Shown one piece after another: positions 39,685 through 49,926 of a stretch of DNA of 56,593 nucleotides. The stretch comes from Halobacteriales archaeon QS_8_65_32. GTDB lineage: Archaea > Halobacteriota > Halobacteria > Halobacteriales > Halococcaceae. How positions within the stretch are numbered: position 1 is the stretch's first letter; every line of letters starts with the position of its first letter. The position numbers were made by a program, and so were the translations under genes. Location of the stretch: assembly GCA_003022925.1 (NCBI GenBank), contig PXRY01000100.1:28111-84703 (forward strand), in the 5' to 3' direction. Under the pieces are notes generated by a model that saw only the letters and a list, made by a program, of their open reading frames with translations, searched no databases and was not told the origin of the DNA.

Positions 39685-40545
39685 TCAGTCGCTTCCGCCG
39701 CGCAGTCGTGCGACGCATTCGATGTTCCAGGCGTAACCCCGGCCGTCCTCAGTGGGGGTTTCAAGTATCAACGGGCGCTCGCCGAGGGCGTCGTCCGAAA
39801 CGATCGCCGCCATCCCCGCCGCGCCGATCTCACCCTCGCTGACGTGGGCGTGTTCGTCGGCGTTCGACCCGCGGGGGTGCTTCGAGTCGTTCAGGTGGAT
39901 GCATCGAAGGTGATCGAGTCCGACCGTCGAATCGAACGCCTCGACGGTTTCTGCCACGCCTTCGGGCGTCGAGAGATCGTAGCCCGCGGCGAAGGCGTGG
40001 GCGGTGTCGAGACAGACCCCGATATCGGTATCGGCGAGGTCCCGGACCCGCCCGAGGTGGGCGAAGTCGTCGCCGAGTTTCGTCCCGCTACCGGCGTCAC
40101 TCTCTATGAGCAACGTCACGCCCTCGGGTACGTCGAGCGCGTCGATGGCGCTCGCGGCGTTTTCCAACCCCGCCTCGACGCCCGCGCCGGTGTGTGCGCC
40201 GAGGTGGACATTCACGTACTCGATTTCCAGTTGGGCAGCGGCGTCGAGTTCTTTCTGTAGACTCGAAATCGACTTCTCGCGTAAGTCGTCCTTCGGGGTC
40301 GCGAGATTTACCAGATACGAGGAGTGAATCACCCACGGGCCGTCGATCGCGTCCTCGCTTTCGTCTCTGAAGCGTTCGGCGATGTCGGCGTCGATCGGCG
40401 GTTGCTTCCAGACCTGCGGGGAGTGGGTGAACACCTGCCCGCAGTTGCCGCCGACGTCGAGCTGGCGCTCTACTGCGTTGTCGATCCCGCCGGCGACCGA
40501 GACGTGCGCGCCGACGTGTGCCGCGTGCGTGTCGGACGTAACCAT
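39685..40545 (-). CDS. nfo: Endonuclease IV (AP endonuclease)
   Basis: [43 protein letters not shown]. Confidence 0.93.
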   Translation of the reverse strand: MVTSDTHAAHVGAHVSVAGGIDNAVERQLDVGGNCGQVFTHSPQVWKQPPIDADIAERFRDESEDAIDGPWVIHSSYLVNLATPKDDLREKSISSLQKELDAAAQLEIEYVNVHLGAHTGAGVEAGLENAASAIDALDVPEGVTLLIESDAGSGTKLGDDFAHLGRVRDLADTDIGVCLDTAHAFAAGYDLSTPEGVAETVEAFDSTVGLDHLRCIHLNDSKHPRGSNADEHAHVSEGEIGAAGMAAIVSDDALGERPLILETPTEDGRGYAWNIECVARLRGGSD

Positions 40546-40651
40546 GGTCGCGCTCCGGCCGGTGCGAACATAGCGGCTTCGACTTCCCGGCTCGTCGTTC
40601 GACCCGGCGAAGGGGTTTTAGCTCCTGTATACGTGCATACGTACGTAATCG

Positions 40652-40860
40652 ATGGGGACGAAGACGATCAGCCTCGACGACGCAGCATACGATCGCCTGC
40701 GCGCGGAAACCGCGAGGACGAGAGCTTCAGCGATGCGGTCAAACGGATCACCGATGTCGTGGCAGCGGATTGGCGGCGCGGGTTCGGCCGGTACGGCGAG
40801 GACGAGGCGGATGCCGACGTGTTCGAGGAGACGATGCAGCGGTTTGGCGCGATCACGCCG
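40652..40860 (+). pseudogene. VapB-type (DUF217-like) antitoxin, frameshifted and truncated; no toxin gene follows
   Basis: MGTKTISLDDAAYDRLRAE, frameshift near 40708, then REDESFSDAVKRIT; runs into CRISPR repeat sequence. Confidence 0.75.
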
Positions 40861-40862
40861 AG

Positions 40863-41147
40863 GAGTTCGTCTGGAACTGGTGACTGTCTATGTCGAACAG
40901 TAGATCGGGATAACCTCAACCTCAACCTCATAGGGAGTTCGTTTGCAACCCGGTTCATCGGTCACCGTCTCGGCGTCGTCAACGTCGCTTCAATCCCACA
41001 AAGAGTTCGTCTGTAACTCGGCACGGGGGTGATCGGCGATGACTGAACAAGCTTCGATCCCACAAGGAGGTCGTCCGTAACGCAGACAGAGATGTCTGGT
41101 TTCCGCATCGGATGCAGCTTCGATCCCACAAAGAGTTCGTCTGTAAC
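40863..41147 (-). CRISPR. Short type I-B-like CRISPR array (3 good and 2 degenerate repeats, 4 spacers); no cas genes in window
   Basis: 31-nt repeats close to GCTTC(A/G)ATCCCACAAAGAGTTCGTCTGTAAC at 40987, 41051 and 41117; degenerate at 40919 (22/31 matches); partial at 40863-40877; spacers 41, 37, 33 and 35 nt. Confidence 0.9.
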
Positions 41148-41249
41148 GATGCCAGATCCGCGAGGGACAGAGTCCGTATCCGTCGCTAGGTACATAGTGT
41201 TTCCGTCGACCTCCGATACCCAGCTCACCCCCGGGGAGTCGATGGAAAC
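41148..41249 (-). promoter_or_regulatory. CRISPR leader
   Basis: Haloarchaeal leader inverted repeat GTTTCCGTCGAC (41199-41210) / GTCGATGGAAAC (41238-41249) next to the best-conserved repeat end. Confidence 0.8.
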
Positions 41250-41327
41250 CAGTGGCTCGGACGGCCGAGGGTGATCGGACTCGCGTCCGGCGAGGATACA
41301 AATACCGGGATCGGAGCAAAACGTCTC

Positions 41328-41775
41328 ATGGACGAACCGGTCGGCCTCACGGTCGGCGAGCAGGCTCCCGACGCCGCCGCGACGCTCGTTCGCCCCGGCG
41401 GCGAGACCGAACGCGTGGCGCTGTCGGCGCTGGTTCGCGAGCGCCCGGTACTGCTCTCGTTTTACCCGATCGATTTCAGCCCCGATTGCATCCGAGAGTG
41501 GTGTGCGTTCCGCGACTTCGAGTGGTTCGCGAGCGGCGAGAACAACCGATCTCGGGCTCGCGGACGCCTTCGGCGTCAAATACCGGGCCTTCGGCGTCTC
41601 GACGTGCGCCCGCCGGTCGTGTTCCCTCGTTGACGAAGACAGGGAGGTCAGGTATCGTTGGGTCGCCGAACACTGGCTCGATCCGACGCGAGACGTCCCC
41701 TCGATGGCCGAACTGTCGACGGGGATCCGCGAGGCACTCGACATCGAAGCCCCCGATCGCTTCGGGATGGCCTGA
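41328..41775 (+). pseudogene. Redoxin/peroxiredoxin-family protein with internal deletion and frameshift
   Basis: LTVGEQAPD, PVLLSFYP.DFSPDCIREWC, then a jump near 41545 to DLGLADAFGV...LVDEDREVRYRW in another frame; the central segment is missing. Confidence 0.75.
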
Positions 41776-41873
41776 GCGGTGAGCGAACGGCAGCGAGACG
41801 TTCGGATCGGTCTGAGGCAGGTCCGTGCGTCGCGAACCGACCCGGGCGCTGACACGATCGACCAGCCGATCGG

Positions 41874-42722
41874 CTAGCGTGTCGCCCGACCGGTCGTCAG
41901 GCCCCGGTTCCACTCGTCCGTGGCGTACTTCCCTTCCGCACGTTCGTGTGCACGCGAGAGTTCGTCGTCGGTCCACTCGCCCGCATCGGCGTTCGCCCAC
42001 TCGCGAAGCGTTCGGGCGAGAGTCTCGACCGCTTCGTTGCGACCGACGGCGGCGTGGGCGTCGATGCCGGTCACTCGCTCGCAAAAATCCCGTAGAGTGG
42101 CGTCGGGGTCGGCGAAGACCGCGAGGTGACGGTCGGCGTCGACGGAGTAGGTGAGCGAGCCGTGCTGGACGACCGCATCCCGGCGGCGGTACTGGGCGTT
42201 GCCGCTCACTTTTTTCTCGCCGCCGTCCTGGCTGTCCTCTCCGTCCCCGCTCACGACGACGTCGTGGGCCGGGTGCAGCGCCCGCAGGTAACAGGCAGGC
42301 TCGTAGATCGCCGGCTGTGAAGCCTCGGCGAAGCGCGCGTCGACGCCCAGCCGCGAGAACGCCGCCAAGACCGGCTCGCAGAGTCGTTCGTACGAGTCCA
42401 TGAGGTCGCCGGGGAGTTCCTCGACGGGCGCGACGATCGAATAGGAGACGTCGCCCCACGAGTCATGATAGATCCCCCCGCCGCCAGTCTGGCGGCGCAC
42501 GACGTCGATCCCCTCGCGCTCGCAGAACTCCCAGTCGACGGTTTCGGGCGCTTGGTGGTAGCCGAGCGAGAGGGTCGCGGGCTCCCAGCGGTAGACCCGG
42601 AGGGTCCGCGGGCCACCGGCGGCGGCGGTTTCGGCGGCTATCTCGTCGAGCGCCATGTTCATCGCCCCGCCGCGGACGTCCTCAGCGATGAGTCGCCAGT
42701 CCCGGTCGGCGAGCGTCGTCAT
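41874..42722 (-). CDS. Lipoate--protein ligase A family protein
   Basis: NMALDE, LRVYRW, VVRRQTGGGGIYHD, KVSGNAQ, QHGS. Confidence 0.92.
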   Translation of the reverse strand: MTTLADRDWRLIAEDVRGGAMNMALDEIAAETAAAGGPRTLRVYRWEPATLSLGYHQAPETVDWEFCEREGIDVVRRQTGGGGIYHDSWGDVSYSIVAPVEELPGDLMDSYERLCEPVLAAFSRLGVDARFAEASQPAIYEPACYLRALHPAHDVVVSGDGEDSQDGGEKKVSGNAQYRRRDAVVQHGSLTYSVDADRHLAVFADPDATLRDFCERVTGIDAHAAVGRNEAVETLARTLREWANADAGEWTDDELSRAHERAEGKYATDEWNRGLTTGRATR

Positions 42723-42869
42723 AGTTCGAGAAGGGGCCAGGACCCGAAAGCGATTGCGATGATCGAAGTCCGAAACGTGCGAGCCCACTGCTGCGATGAT
42801 TGGATACACCGGGTGAACGGACACGCCCTGGCGAAGGTTGGGTTAGTTTAGCAGCTTTCAGGAAGATCC

Positions 42870-43200
42870 GCTGAGACCGTTTTAGAAGCCCCCGACCGCT
42901 CGGCTTCTGCTCATGGGCCGGAGGCCCGTTCGCATGGTCCGCGGGGCTCTTCGAGTCCCGCGTGGTTCGGGAGGACGGAGTTCTCCCGTCATCACGAGAG
43001 AGCTTTGCTCTCTCGAACGACTACCCGCGGCTCGCTGTCGTTCAAAAGGCCGCGCGAGGCGCGGCCTTTTGTGATGACGAAAGGCGCTTCGCGCTTTTCG
43101 TTATGCCGAGAGACGCGAAGCGTCTCTCGTAGCACTCTCCCGAGCTAACGGGCGCTTCGCGCCCGTGACCGCCCGGCCCCTTCCAGTCCCACCCGAACCG
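42870..43200 (+). repeat. Modular hairpin element, family E, copy E6
   Basis: GAGACCGTTTTAGAAGCCCCCG...CCCCTTCCAGTCCCACCCGAACCGG with at least eight hairpins. Confidence 0.88.
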
Positions 43201-43288
43201 GTTCCGTCGGTTTTTATTGCCTAACCAGACACCGCCGTGGCGAACCGATACCTCATGGCGACGGCGACCGTTCGACGGGACAGCGACG

Positions 43289-43999
43289 ATGGCAGGGCAC
43301 GATCAAATCCACGGAGGCGAATGGAACGACGGGAACAGACGCGACAGCGGAACAGATCAAAAAGAGTTAAAAGCGACCGAAAGGCCGCAATTCAGGCGAT
43401 ACGAGCCGGCCGACGCCGACGCCGTGTGGGAGTTACACGAGCGGGCACTGCGCGATGCCGGTACCGACCCGGCGGACGTCCCGGGTACCGAGGACCTCCG
43501 CCGGATCGAAGCGGCCTACCTCGATGTCGGCGGCGAGTTCCTGATCGGTGTCGTTCCCGCGACCGAGGACGAGAACGTAAACGGAAACCCGCGCGACGAT
43601 CCCGGGGCCGAAGCCGAGGACGACGGCGCGAGTCCGGAGCGTCGAACGCACCGCCGGCCGTCACGTGCGCGGGAGCTACGCACCGACGACGGCCTACTCG
43701 TCGCGATGGGTGGGTTCGTCCCTCGCGAGGCGAGCGACGCGGGCAAGCGAACGCTCGCCGGGGCGGCCGAACTCCACCGGATGCGGGTCGCCCCGGCCGT
43801 CCAGCGGCGCGGGTACGGCCGGGAGCTACTGGAGCGCGTGGAAAGGCGGGCCGCCGACTCAGGGTTCGACCGACTGCTCGCAACGACCGCGCGCAACCAG
43901 TCGGCGGCAATCGCCTTCTATCCCGCAGCGGGGTACGAACGCGTCGGCGAGTCGACCGACTCGGGCTATCGGTTGCTCCACTTCGAGAAACGACTGTGA
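43289..43999 (+). CDS. GNAT family N-acetyltransferase
   Basis: ELHRMRVAPAVQRRGYG, AIAFY...GY; start uncertain. Confidence 0.85.
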   Translation: MAGHDQIHGGEWNDGNRRDSGTDQKELKATERPQFRRYEPADADAVWELHERALRDAGTDPADVPGTEDLRRIEAAYLDVGGEFLIGVVPATEDENVNGNPRDDPGAEAEDDGASPERRTHRRPSRARELRTDDGLLVAMGGFVPREASDAGKRTLAGAAELHRMRVAPAVQRRGYGRELLERVERRAADSGFDRLLATTARNQSAAIAFYPAAGYERVGESTDSGYRLLHFEKRL

Positions 44000-44100
44000 A
44001 TCGGCGTTGGCCTGCTTCGTGGTCGATCCGGACCGAATCACGTCGGATCGGTCGCTCGACTCGATACGACACGGTACCGATATTGGATCAGAAGCCGGGA

Positions 44101-44487
44101 TCAGTCTCCGACACGCGCGGCGATCGCGTCGCGGGCGTTCTCCGCACAGTCGCGATCCCCGCGGCCAAAGTGCAGGGTGTTCTCGTTGATCGGGTCGCTG
44201 AGCAATCCCCCGGAGTCGACCGCGACGCCGGCTTGCTCGATCTGGATGTAGCCGATGGTGATCCCCGCCGAGTAATCGACCCCCCGGAGTTCGTCGACCG
44301 GGATCGTCTTGTCGTCGAACTTCGAGCGCGGGACCCGTTCGATGACGACGCGGTCGTCATGCACCGCGAGGGTCCCGTCCTGGAACTCACAGACAACGAC
44401 GGCATCGGCGTGGGCGTCCGCGTGTTCGGCCGCCGGATCGGTGCCCGTCGGTTCACCGTCGTCCCGGTTCCACGGGAGCTTCACCAT
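44101..44487 (-). CDS. Small PH-like (DUF4429-like) protein
   Basis: FQDGTLAVHDDRVVIER...KTIP..L.GV.Y...GYIQI...NENTLHF. Confidence 0.7.
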   Translation of the reverse strand: MVKLPWNRDDGEPTGTDPAAEHADAHADAVVVCEFQDGTLAVHDDRVVIERVPRSKFDDKTIPVDELRGVDYSAGITIGYIQIEQAGVAVDSGGLLSDPINENTLHFGRGDRDCAENARDAIAARVGD

Positions 44488-44580
44488 CACTGTTCCGTAC
44501 TTCGGAGCCTCTCAAAAAGGGTTTGCCCGCCGCCGTCGAACCCGAACCGCTGTGTGCCACGGCCGGCGAACGGCACGGCT

Positions 44581-44759
44581 GTGAGCCAGACGGGCGATCG
44601 ACTCAGTGGCGACTTACTCCTCGGTGTGCGGGCCGGTCTATTCGTCGTCAACCTGGAAGGGGACTTCGTCGGGCGGCAGGTAGCGGCGAACGGGGGCGCG
44701 TCCCCTACGAGGGACACGGCTATGAGGTCCGTTGCCACGAGTTCGACAAGCCCCTATGA
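44581..44759 (+). pseudogene. Possible GNAT C-terminal remnant
   Basis: VAANGGA followed, after a frame change, by YEGHGYEVRCHEFDKPL*, resembling the GNAT N..A..FY...GY tail. Confidence 0.35.
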
Positions 44760-44877
44760 GAAGGCACCGACGAGTCAGCGCCCGGCCCGGTAGCTCGACG
44801 ATGTATCGACCGGAGAAGTACGGCTCCACTGGTCGGCATCGAAGAGTTTTCGCCGGCCCGTCCCCGAGAAGTAGGAA

Positions 44878-46233
44878 GTGACGAGAGTCCTCCATTACGC
44901 CGACCTCGAAAGCGCCTACGACGATCCCGAACGGATCGGTCGGCTAGCCGGACTCGTTCGAAGCCGGCGGGACGGCGAGACGATCGTCGTGGGAAGCGGC
45001 GACAACACGGGCCCCGGCGTCCTGGCACTGAAGACGAACGGCCGGCAGTCGCTCGATTTCTTCCGCGCCGTCGATCCGGACGCCGATACGTTCGGCAATC
45101 ACGAGTTCGATTACGAACCGGAGACGACCCGAGGGCTCGTCCGCGAGTCGCCACAAACGTGGGTGTGTGCGAACGCTTTCGACGGTGACGAGCCCTTTGC
45201 CGTCGAGGAGGGCGTCGTTCCGTGGACCGTCGTCGGGACGACAAGCAGCCAGGTCGGCGTGTTCGGCGTCGCCTCGCCCGACACCGGTGACATATCGCCG
45301 CCTGCGGCGTCGCTCTCGTTCACCGATCCGATCGACGCCGCCCGCGACGCGGTCGCCGCCCTTCGCGAGCGGGACGTCGATCGCGTTCTCGGCCTCTCAC
45401 ACTGCGGCGACGACGACGATCTCGCGGCGGCGATCGAGGCGGACGCAATCTGCGGCGGTCACTATCACGAGCCGCGCGAAGACATCGTGGCCGACACGCT
45501 GGTCGTCCGTCCCGGTGCCAGTGGCGAGCACCTCGTCGAGGTCGATCTCGACACCGATAGGCCGACGGCGACCTGGCACACCGTTACCGACGGTCCGCTC
45601 GACGAGGGGGTCGCAGACCGTCTGCGCGAGCGGATGCGGGCGGTCGGTCTCGACGAGGTCGTCACGACGCTCGATGTGCCGATCGACCGACGGCCAATGC
45701 TCGGCGAGACCGCCGTCGGCAACTTCATTGCCGATGCCTTCCGGCACGCCGGCGAGACGGACGTCGGTCTCGTCCACGCGGGGTCCGTCCGGGATACGAA
45801 CGAGCCGTTCGTCGGCGAGGTGACCGTTGGCGATCTCGTTTCGCTGCTTCCGTTCGATAACGAGTTGGTGACGCTCGAACTCTCCGGTCGGGAACTCCGA
45901 GAGACGGCGCGTCTGGCGAGCGGTAGCCACCTCGATCTCCCCGACGAACGCTGGTGGCCGGGCCACTTCAGCAACGTCACGATCGTCTGGGATCACCCGT
46001 CCCGGGAGCTCGTAGATGGGACGGTCGGCGGCGAGCCGATCGACGACGAGCGAACCTATACGCTGACGACGTTCGACTACAACATCACGTACGATCCGCT
46101 GTTCCCCCGTCTGACCGACGAGCGCGTCCTCGAAACCATCGGCTCACAGCACGACGCCATGATCGCGTACGCTCGGGAGTTCGGCATTCCGACCGAAACC
46201 GACGGGCGCTTGATCCGACACGGACTGGAATAG
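44878..46233 (+). CDS. Metallophosphoesterase/5'-nucleotidase
   Basis: HYADLE, GSGD, FGNHEFD, LSHCG, GGHYH and the C-terminal substrate domain. Confidence 0.9.
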   Translation: MTRVLHYADLESAYDDPERIGRLAGLVRSRRDGETIVVGSGDNTGPGVLALKTNGRQSLDFFRAVDPDADTFGNHEFDYEPETTRGLVRESPQTWVCANAFDGDEPFAVEEGVVPWTVVGTTSSQVGVFGVASPDTGDISPPAASLSFTDPIDAARDAVAALRERDVDRVLGLSHCGDDDDLAAAIEADAICGGHYHEPREDIVADTLVVRPGASGEHLVEVDLDTDRPTATWHTVTDGPLDEGVADRLRERMRAVGLDEVVTTLDVPIDRRPMLGETAVGNFIADAFRHAGETDVGLVHAGSVRDTNEPFVGEVTVGDLVSLLPFDNELVTLELSGRELRETARLASGSHLDLPDERWWPGHFSNVTIVWDHPSRELVDGTVGGEPIDDERTYTLTTFDYNITYDPLFPRLTDERVLETIGSQHDAMIAYAREFGIPTETDGRLIRHGLE

Positions 46234-46267
46234 ATGTCGAACACCCCTACCGGACCGACCTCATAGC

Positions 46268-47617
46268 ATGACGCCACGGACCCTCCAGTACTCCGATCTC
46301 GAAAACGCCTACGACCACCCCGAGCGGATCGGTCGGCTGGCCGGCCTTCTGAACCGCTTACGCGGAGCCGACACCCTCGTCGTCGGTTCGGGCGACGACC
46401 TCGCGCCGGGGGTGTGCTCGCTCGCGACCCGGGGTCGGTGTGCGCTTCCCTTCTTCCGTGCCGTTCGCCCCGACATCGAAACCTTCGGCAACCACGACTT
46501 CGACTACGGCCTCGATCGCACGCTCGAAATCGTCCGCGAGTCGCCCCAAGAGTGGATCAGCGCCAACGTCGCCGTCGAGGGGACGCGCTTCGGGGCCGCT
46601 GAGGGCGTTCGCCCCGCCACCGTCCGCGAGGTCGACGGGCGGCGCGTCGGGTTCGTCGGCGTCACCGACCCCGCGACGACCGACATGACCCCAGTCGCGG
46701 GCGACCTCGACATCGACGATCCGATCGCGGCGATCGCCCGGCGCTGTGACGTCGACGCCGTCCTCGGCGGGCACGTCCACGACGAGCGGATCGCGACGAT
46801 CGACGGGACCGTCTGTACGCGGCTGAACGCGAACGGCCGCCGGATCTGCGAAATCGATCTCGACGCGGGCGAAGCGCGATTCCACGAGACTGCCGAGGGG
46901 CCGCTCGACGAGGAGGTACAGGCGGCCTACGAGGCGACCTATGAGGAAACGGGTCTGGGGGAGGTCGTCGCCGTTATCGACGAGCCGATTGCCCGGTCGC
47001 GGGCGCTGCGCTTGGGCGGGGAGTGTCGAGCGGGGAACTTCGTCGCGAACGCTTACCGTTGGGCGGCCGGCGCGGACTGTGGGCTGCACGACGCAGGCGG
47101 GATGCGCGACGGGCCGGCGCTCGCAGGCGCGGTCAGGGTCGCCGATCTCGTGAGCCTCGTCCCCTTCGACAAGCGGGTCGTTTGCTGTGAGATCACGGGG
47201 CGGGAGTTACGCGAAGTCCTCGCCGAGGGATACCGGGCGTCCCGCGGGAGCGGCGAGCCGAACTGGTACGCCCACGTGAGCGGGCTTCGGGTCGTCCACG
47301 ATACGAGTAACCGAACCGTCGTCGAGTGCTGGATCGACGGCGACGACGAGGGCGACGATGGAGAGAACGGCGACAAGGGCGACGACGGTAGTGAGAACGA
47401 CGGTATCGAGGACGATAGCGGAGAACTCCTCGACCCCGACCGGACGTACACGCTCGCGACGAACGACTACCTGCTCGCGACGCACTACGAGGTCTCGACG
47501 TTCACGCCCGCCCACCGATCGCGGGATCTCGACGTTCAATGGGAGGTACTCGCCGCTTACGCCCGCGAGCGCGGCATCGATCCCCGGATCGACGGCCGAA
47601 TCGTCCTCCGCGAGTGA
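46268..47617 (+). CDS. 5'-nucleotidase paralog with an in-frame deletion (possibly inactive)
   Basis: QYSDLE, GNHDFD and GGHVH present, but the LSH-containing segment is absent (DDPIAA|IARRCDVD). Confidence 0.8.
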   Translation: MTPRTLQYSDLENAYDHPERIGRLAGLLNRLRGADTLVVGSGDDLAPGVCSLATRGRCALPFFRAVRPDIETFGNHDFDYGLDRTLEIVRESPQEWISANVAVEGTRFGAAEGVRPATVREVDGRRVGFVGVTDPATTDMTPVAGDLDIDDPIAAIARRCDVDAVLGGHVHDERIATIDGTVCTRLNANGRRICEIDLDAGEARFHETAEGPLDEEVQAAYEATYEETGLGEVVAVIDEPIARSRALRLGGECRAGNFVANAYRWAAGADCGLHDAGGMRDGPALAGAVRVADLVSLVPFDKRVVCCEITGRELREVLAEGYRASRGSGEPNWYAHVSGLRVVHDTSNRTVVECWIDGDDEGDDGENGDKGDDGSENDGIEDDSGELLDPDRTYTLATNDYLLATHYEVSTFTPAHRSRDLDVQWEVLAAYARERGIDPRIDGRIVLRE

Positions 47618-47741
47618 GAGGTGAGATCGGGCGAGCGAGTCCGCATAGCGGGACGTTTCGAACGCCCGTCGCTGACTCCCCGGCGAACGGCTCCCCGTCG
47701 AATAGAAAGGTTGAGAACGCTCGGGTCGAAACGGCGACCGA

Positions 47742-48146
47742 ATGGTGTCGGTGCTGGCCCCGGTTCGCTATCCTCTCTCCGAGTTCTCGAAGACGACCCT
47801 CCGGGAGGGCGCTCGCCTTGCCCGCGAGCGCGAGGCGAACCTCGTCGTGTTGCACGTCACACCGTATCACGCGAGTGAGAACGTGACCCGCCGGGAGTTG
47901 AAACGCGCCGCCGAACGCGTCGTCGGCCGCCTCCCCCAGGCGCGCTATCTCGTCCGATCGGGCTTTCTCATCGAGGAGACGATCTTGGAGGAAGTCGCCG
48001 CCGAAGGTGCCGACATCGTCGTGATCGGCAAGAGTCAGGCGAGTCGCTGGCGGCGGGTCTTCCGGCGGATCGCGGATGACCCGGACGTCGAACGCTTCCT
48101 GCGCCGGGAACTCGACTGTAAGGTCGTCACCGTTGCCGAGCCCTAA
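47742..48146 (+). CDS. Universal stress protein
   Basis: VLAPV, LVVLHV, ETILEE....ADIVVIG, C.VVTV. Confidence 0.88.
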   Translation: MVSVLAPVRYPLSEFSKTTLREGARLAREREANLVVLHVTPYHASENVTRRELKRAAERVVGRLPQARYLVRSGFLIEETILEEVAAEGADIVVIGKSQASRWRRVFRRIADDPDVERFLRRELDCKVVTVAEP

Positions 48147-48314
48147 TATCCCTGAGCGGTCGGCCACCGGCCGGAGGACCTGCCGCCGTCGACGCGCCCC
48201 ACGCCGACGCGAACGACCCTAGCTGCTCGTTCCCGGATCGTCGCTGCCGATCGGGCTAACCCTCTTCGTGTAACGTCGGTGCAGCGAGAGTTCGGCGTCC
48301 AGTAACCGTGCCGT

Positions 48315-49631
48315 CTACCGGTCGTCCGGCGTTCGACCGTCGGCGCCGGCTCCGGAACCGGAGCCGGTTTCCCCTTCAGTCGTCGCCTCGGTCGTTGTTC
48401 CGGAGTCGGTTCCGTGGCCCGACTCGGGTTCCGGTTCCGGTTCGGGTTCGAACCCGGGTCCGGAACCGGTGCGCTCGCCGTCGCCGAACCGTCGCCTTTC
48501 GTCGTCTCCCGCGCCACCGGCCCGCTCGTCGAGCGATATCGGAAGGGTGCCGCTCGTCTCGTCGAACACGAGATGCGAGTGGGGGTAGGCCATCTCGACG
48601 TCGGCGTCGTCCAGGGCCTCCCAGACGTTCTCCTGGACCGCGGAGCGCACGGTGAGCAGTTTGTACGGCTCGCGGGCCCAGTACCGAAGCGTGAGCAACA
48701 CGCCGTGGTCGGCGAACTCGTTGATGTAACACGTCGGCGCGGCCGGGTACCGAGCGCTACCGATCCGGATATCCGGGCCACCGGAGACGACGACCTCTAC
48801 CTTCCGGGCGGCGCGCTCGATGAGGGTGCGTGCCTCCGCTAAGTCGCCCTCGTACGTAACGAGGACGTCGAGACGCAGGCGGGTCCGGGGGTCCTCGGCG
48901 GAGTAGTTGATCACGTCGCGATCGCGCATCGTCGCGTTCGGAACGACCATGAACGTGTTGTCGAGCGTGAATATCTTGGTGTAACGAAGGGTGATGTCCT
49001 CGACGAACCCTCGCTGGCCGGTCTGATTGCGGTTTGCGCTGTCGACGAACTCGATCATGTCGCCGATCTCGTAGGGTTGGTCGGCGAGGATCAACAGTCC
49101 ATTGACGATGCTACCGATGATCGGCGTCAACACGAGCACCGTCGCGGCGGTGAGCACCGTCGCAGACAGCACGAGGTCGCTGATCCGTAGGACTCCGGCG
49201 ACACCGAGGGCGACGAATACCGCGGCGAGCATGATCACACTACGGATACTTCCGAGCACCGATTGGACGACGCTCGGTCGTCGGAATCGACGGGCGACCC
49301 GCCGGCTGAGCAGGCGGACGACGAGTTTCGAGCCGTACCACGCGACGAGTAGTACCATCAACGCGAGCACCAGACGAACGAGCCACGTCGGGATCATTGG
49401 CAGCCAGTCCGGCCAGAGATCGCCAAGGAAGTCGACGGTTCGCTGAGTACTTTCGTCGATCTGTTGGCCCGGTGCCGGTCCGCTCGCGTTGTCCGTCCCG
49501 TTCGTGTTACCCGAACTGTTCGTCGTAGTTCCGTTCGCGCCGATACCGACCCCGGTCTGTAGCGGAAGGGTAACGAACGCGGCACTCGCTATTGCGCGCG
49601 ACACCACGGTCACCACACCCGCCAGGCCCAT
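48315..49631 (-). CDS. Small-conductance mechanosensitive channel (MscS family)
   Basis: TM helices, GLLILADQPYEIGDMI, GFVEDITLRYTKI...VVPNA. Confidence 0.92.
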   Translation of the reverse strand: MGLAGVVTVVSRAIASAAFVTLPLQTGVGIGANGTTTNSSGNTNGTDNASGPAPGQQIDESTQRTVDFLGDLWPDWLPMIPTWLVRLVLALMVLLVAWYGSKLVVRLLSRRVARRFRRPSVVQSVLGSIRSVIMLAAVFVALGVAGVLRISDLVLSATVLTAATVLVLTPIIGSIVNGLLILADQPYEIGDMIEFVDSANRNQTGQRGFVEDITLRYTKIFTLDNTFMVVPNATMRDRDVINYSAEDPRTRLRLDVLVTYEGDLAEARTLIERAARKVEVVVSGGPDIRIGSARYPAAPTCYINEFADHGVLLTLRYWAREPYKLLTVRSAVQENVWEALDDADVEMAYPHSHLVFDETSGTLPISLDERAGGAGDDERRRFGDGERTGSGPGFEPEPEPEPESGHGTDSGTTTEATTEGETGSGSGAGADGRTPDDR

Positions 49632-49685
49632 GACGGTCGCTTCGACCCACAGGGAAAAAACGTTCCGACACCCGCTTTTTCGCTC

Positions 49686-49846
49686 GCACCTTTTTTTCGT
49701 CGGGTTTCCTCGCTCGTGCCTCCGACGCTCGCTGCGGAAACCACTCCTACGAAAGTCCGCACCGAAAGCCGCGACTCTCGCTCGTCTTCGACTCGCTTGG
49801 TTGCGGGGAACCGCTTGCGCTCCGCGCTCGCGGATGCGCTGGTTCC
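49686..49846. repeat. Dispersed repeat family F, copy F4
   Basis: CGCACCTTTTTTTCGTCGGG...GCGGGGAACCGC...CGCTCGCGGATGC, reverse complement of F1/F2 motifs. Confidence 0.7.
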
Positions 49847-49926
49847 GCCCTGACCGAGTCTCCCGTTCGGTCTCGACGCGTCGCTCACGAGAAACCCGTT
49901 AATCGCCGGCTGATCGTATCCCGAAT

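Noticed and set aside
40962..41319. ORFs spanning the CRISPR array
   Set aside because: Translations simply repeat the CRISPR repeat (RTLCGIEA)
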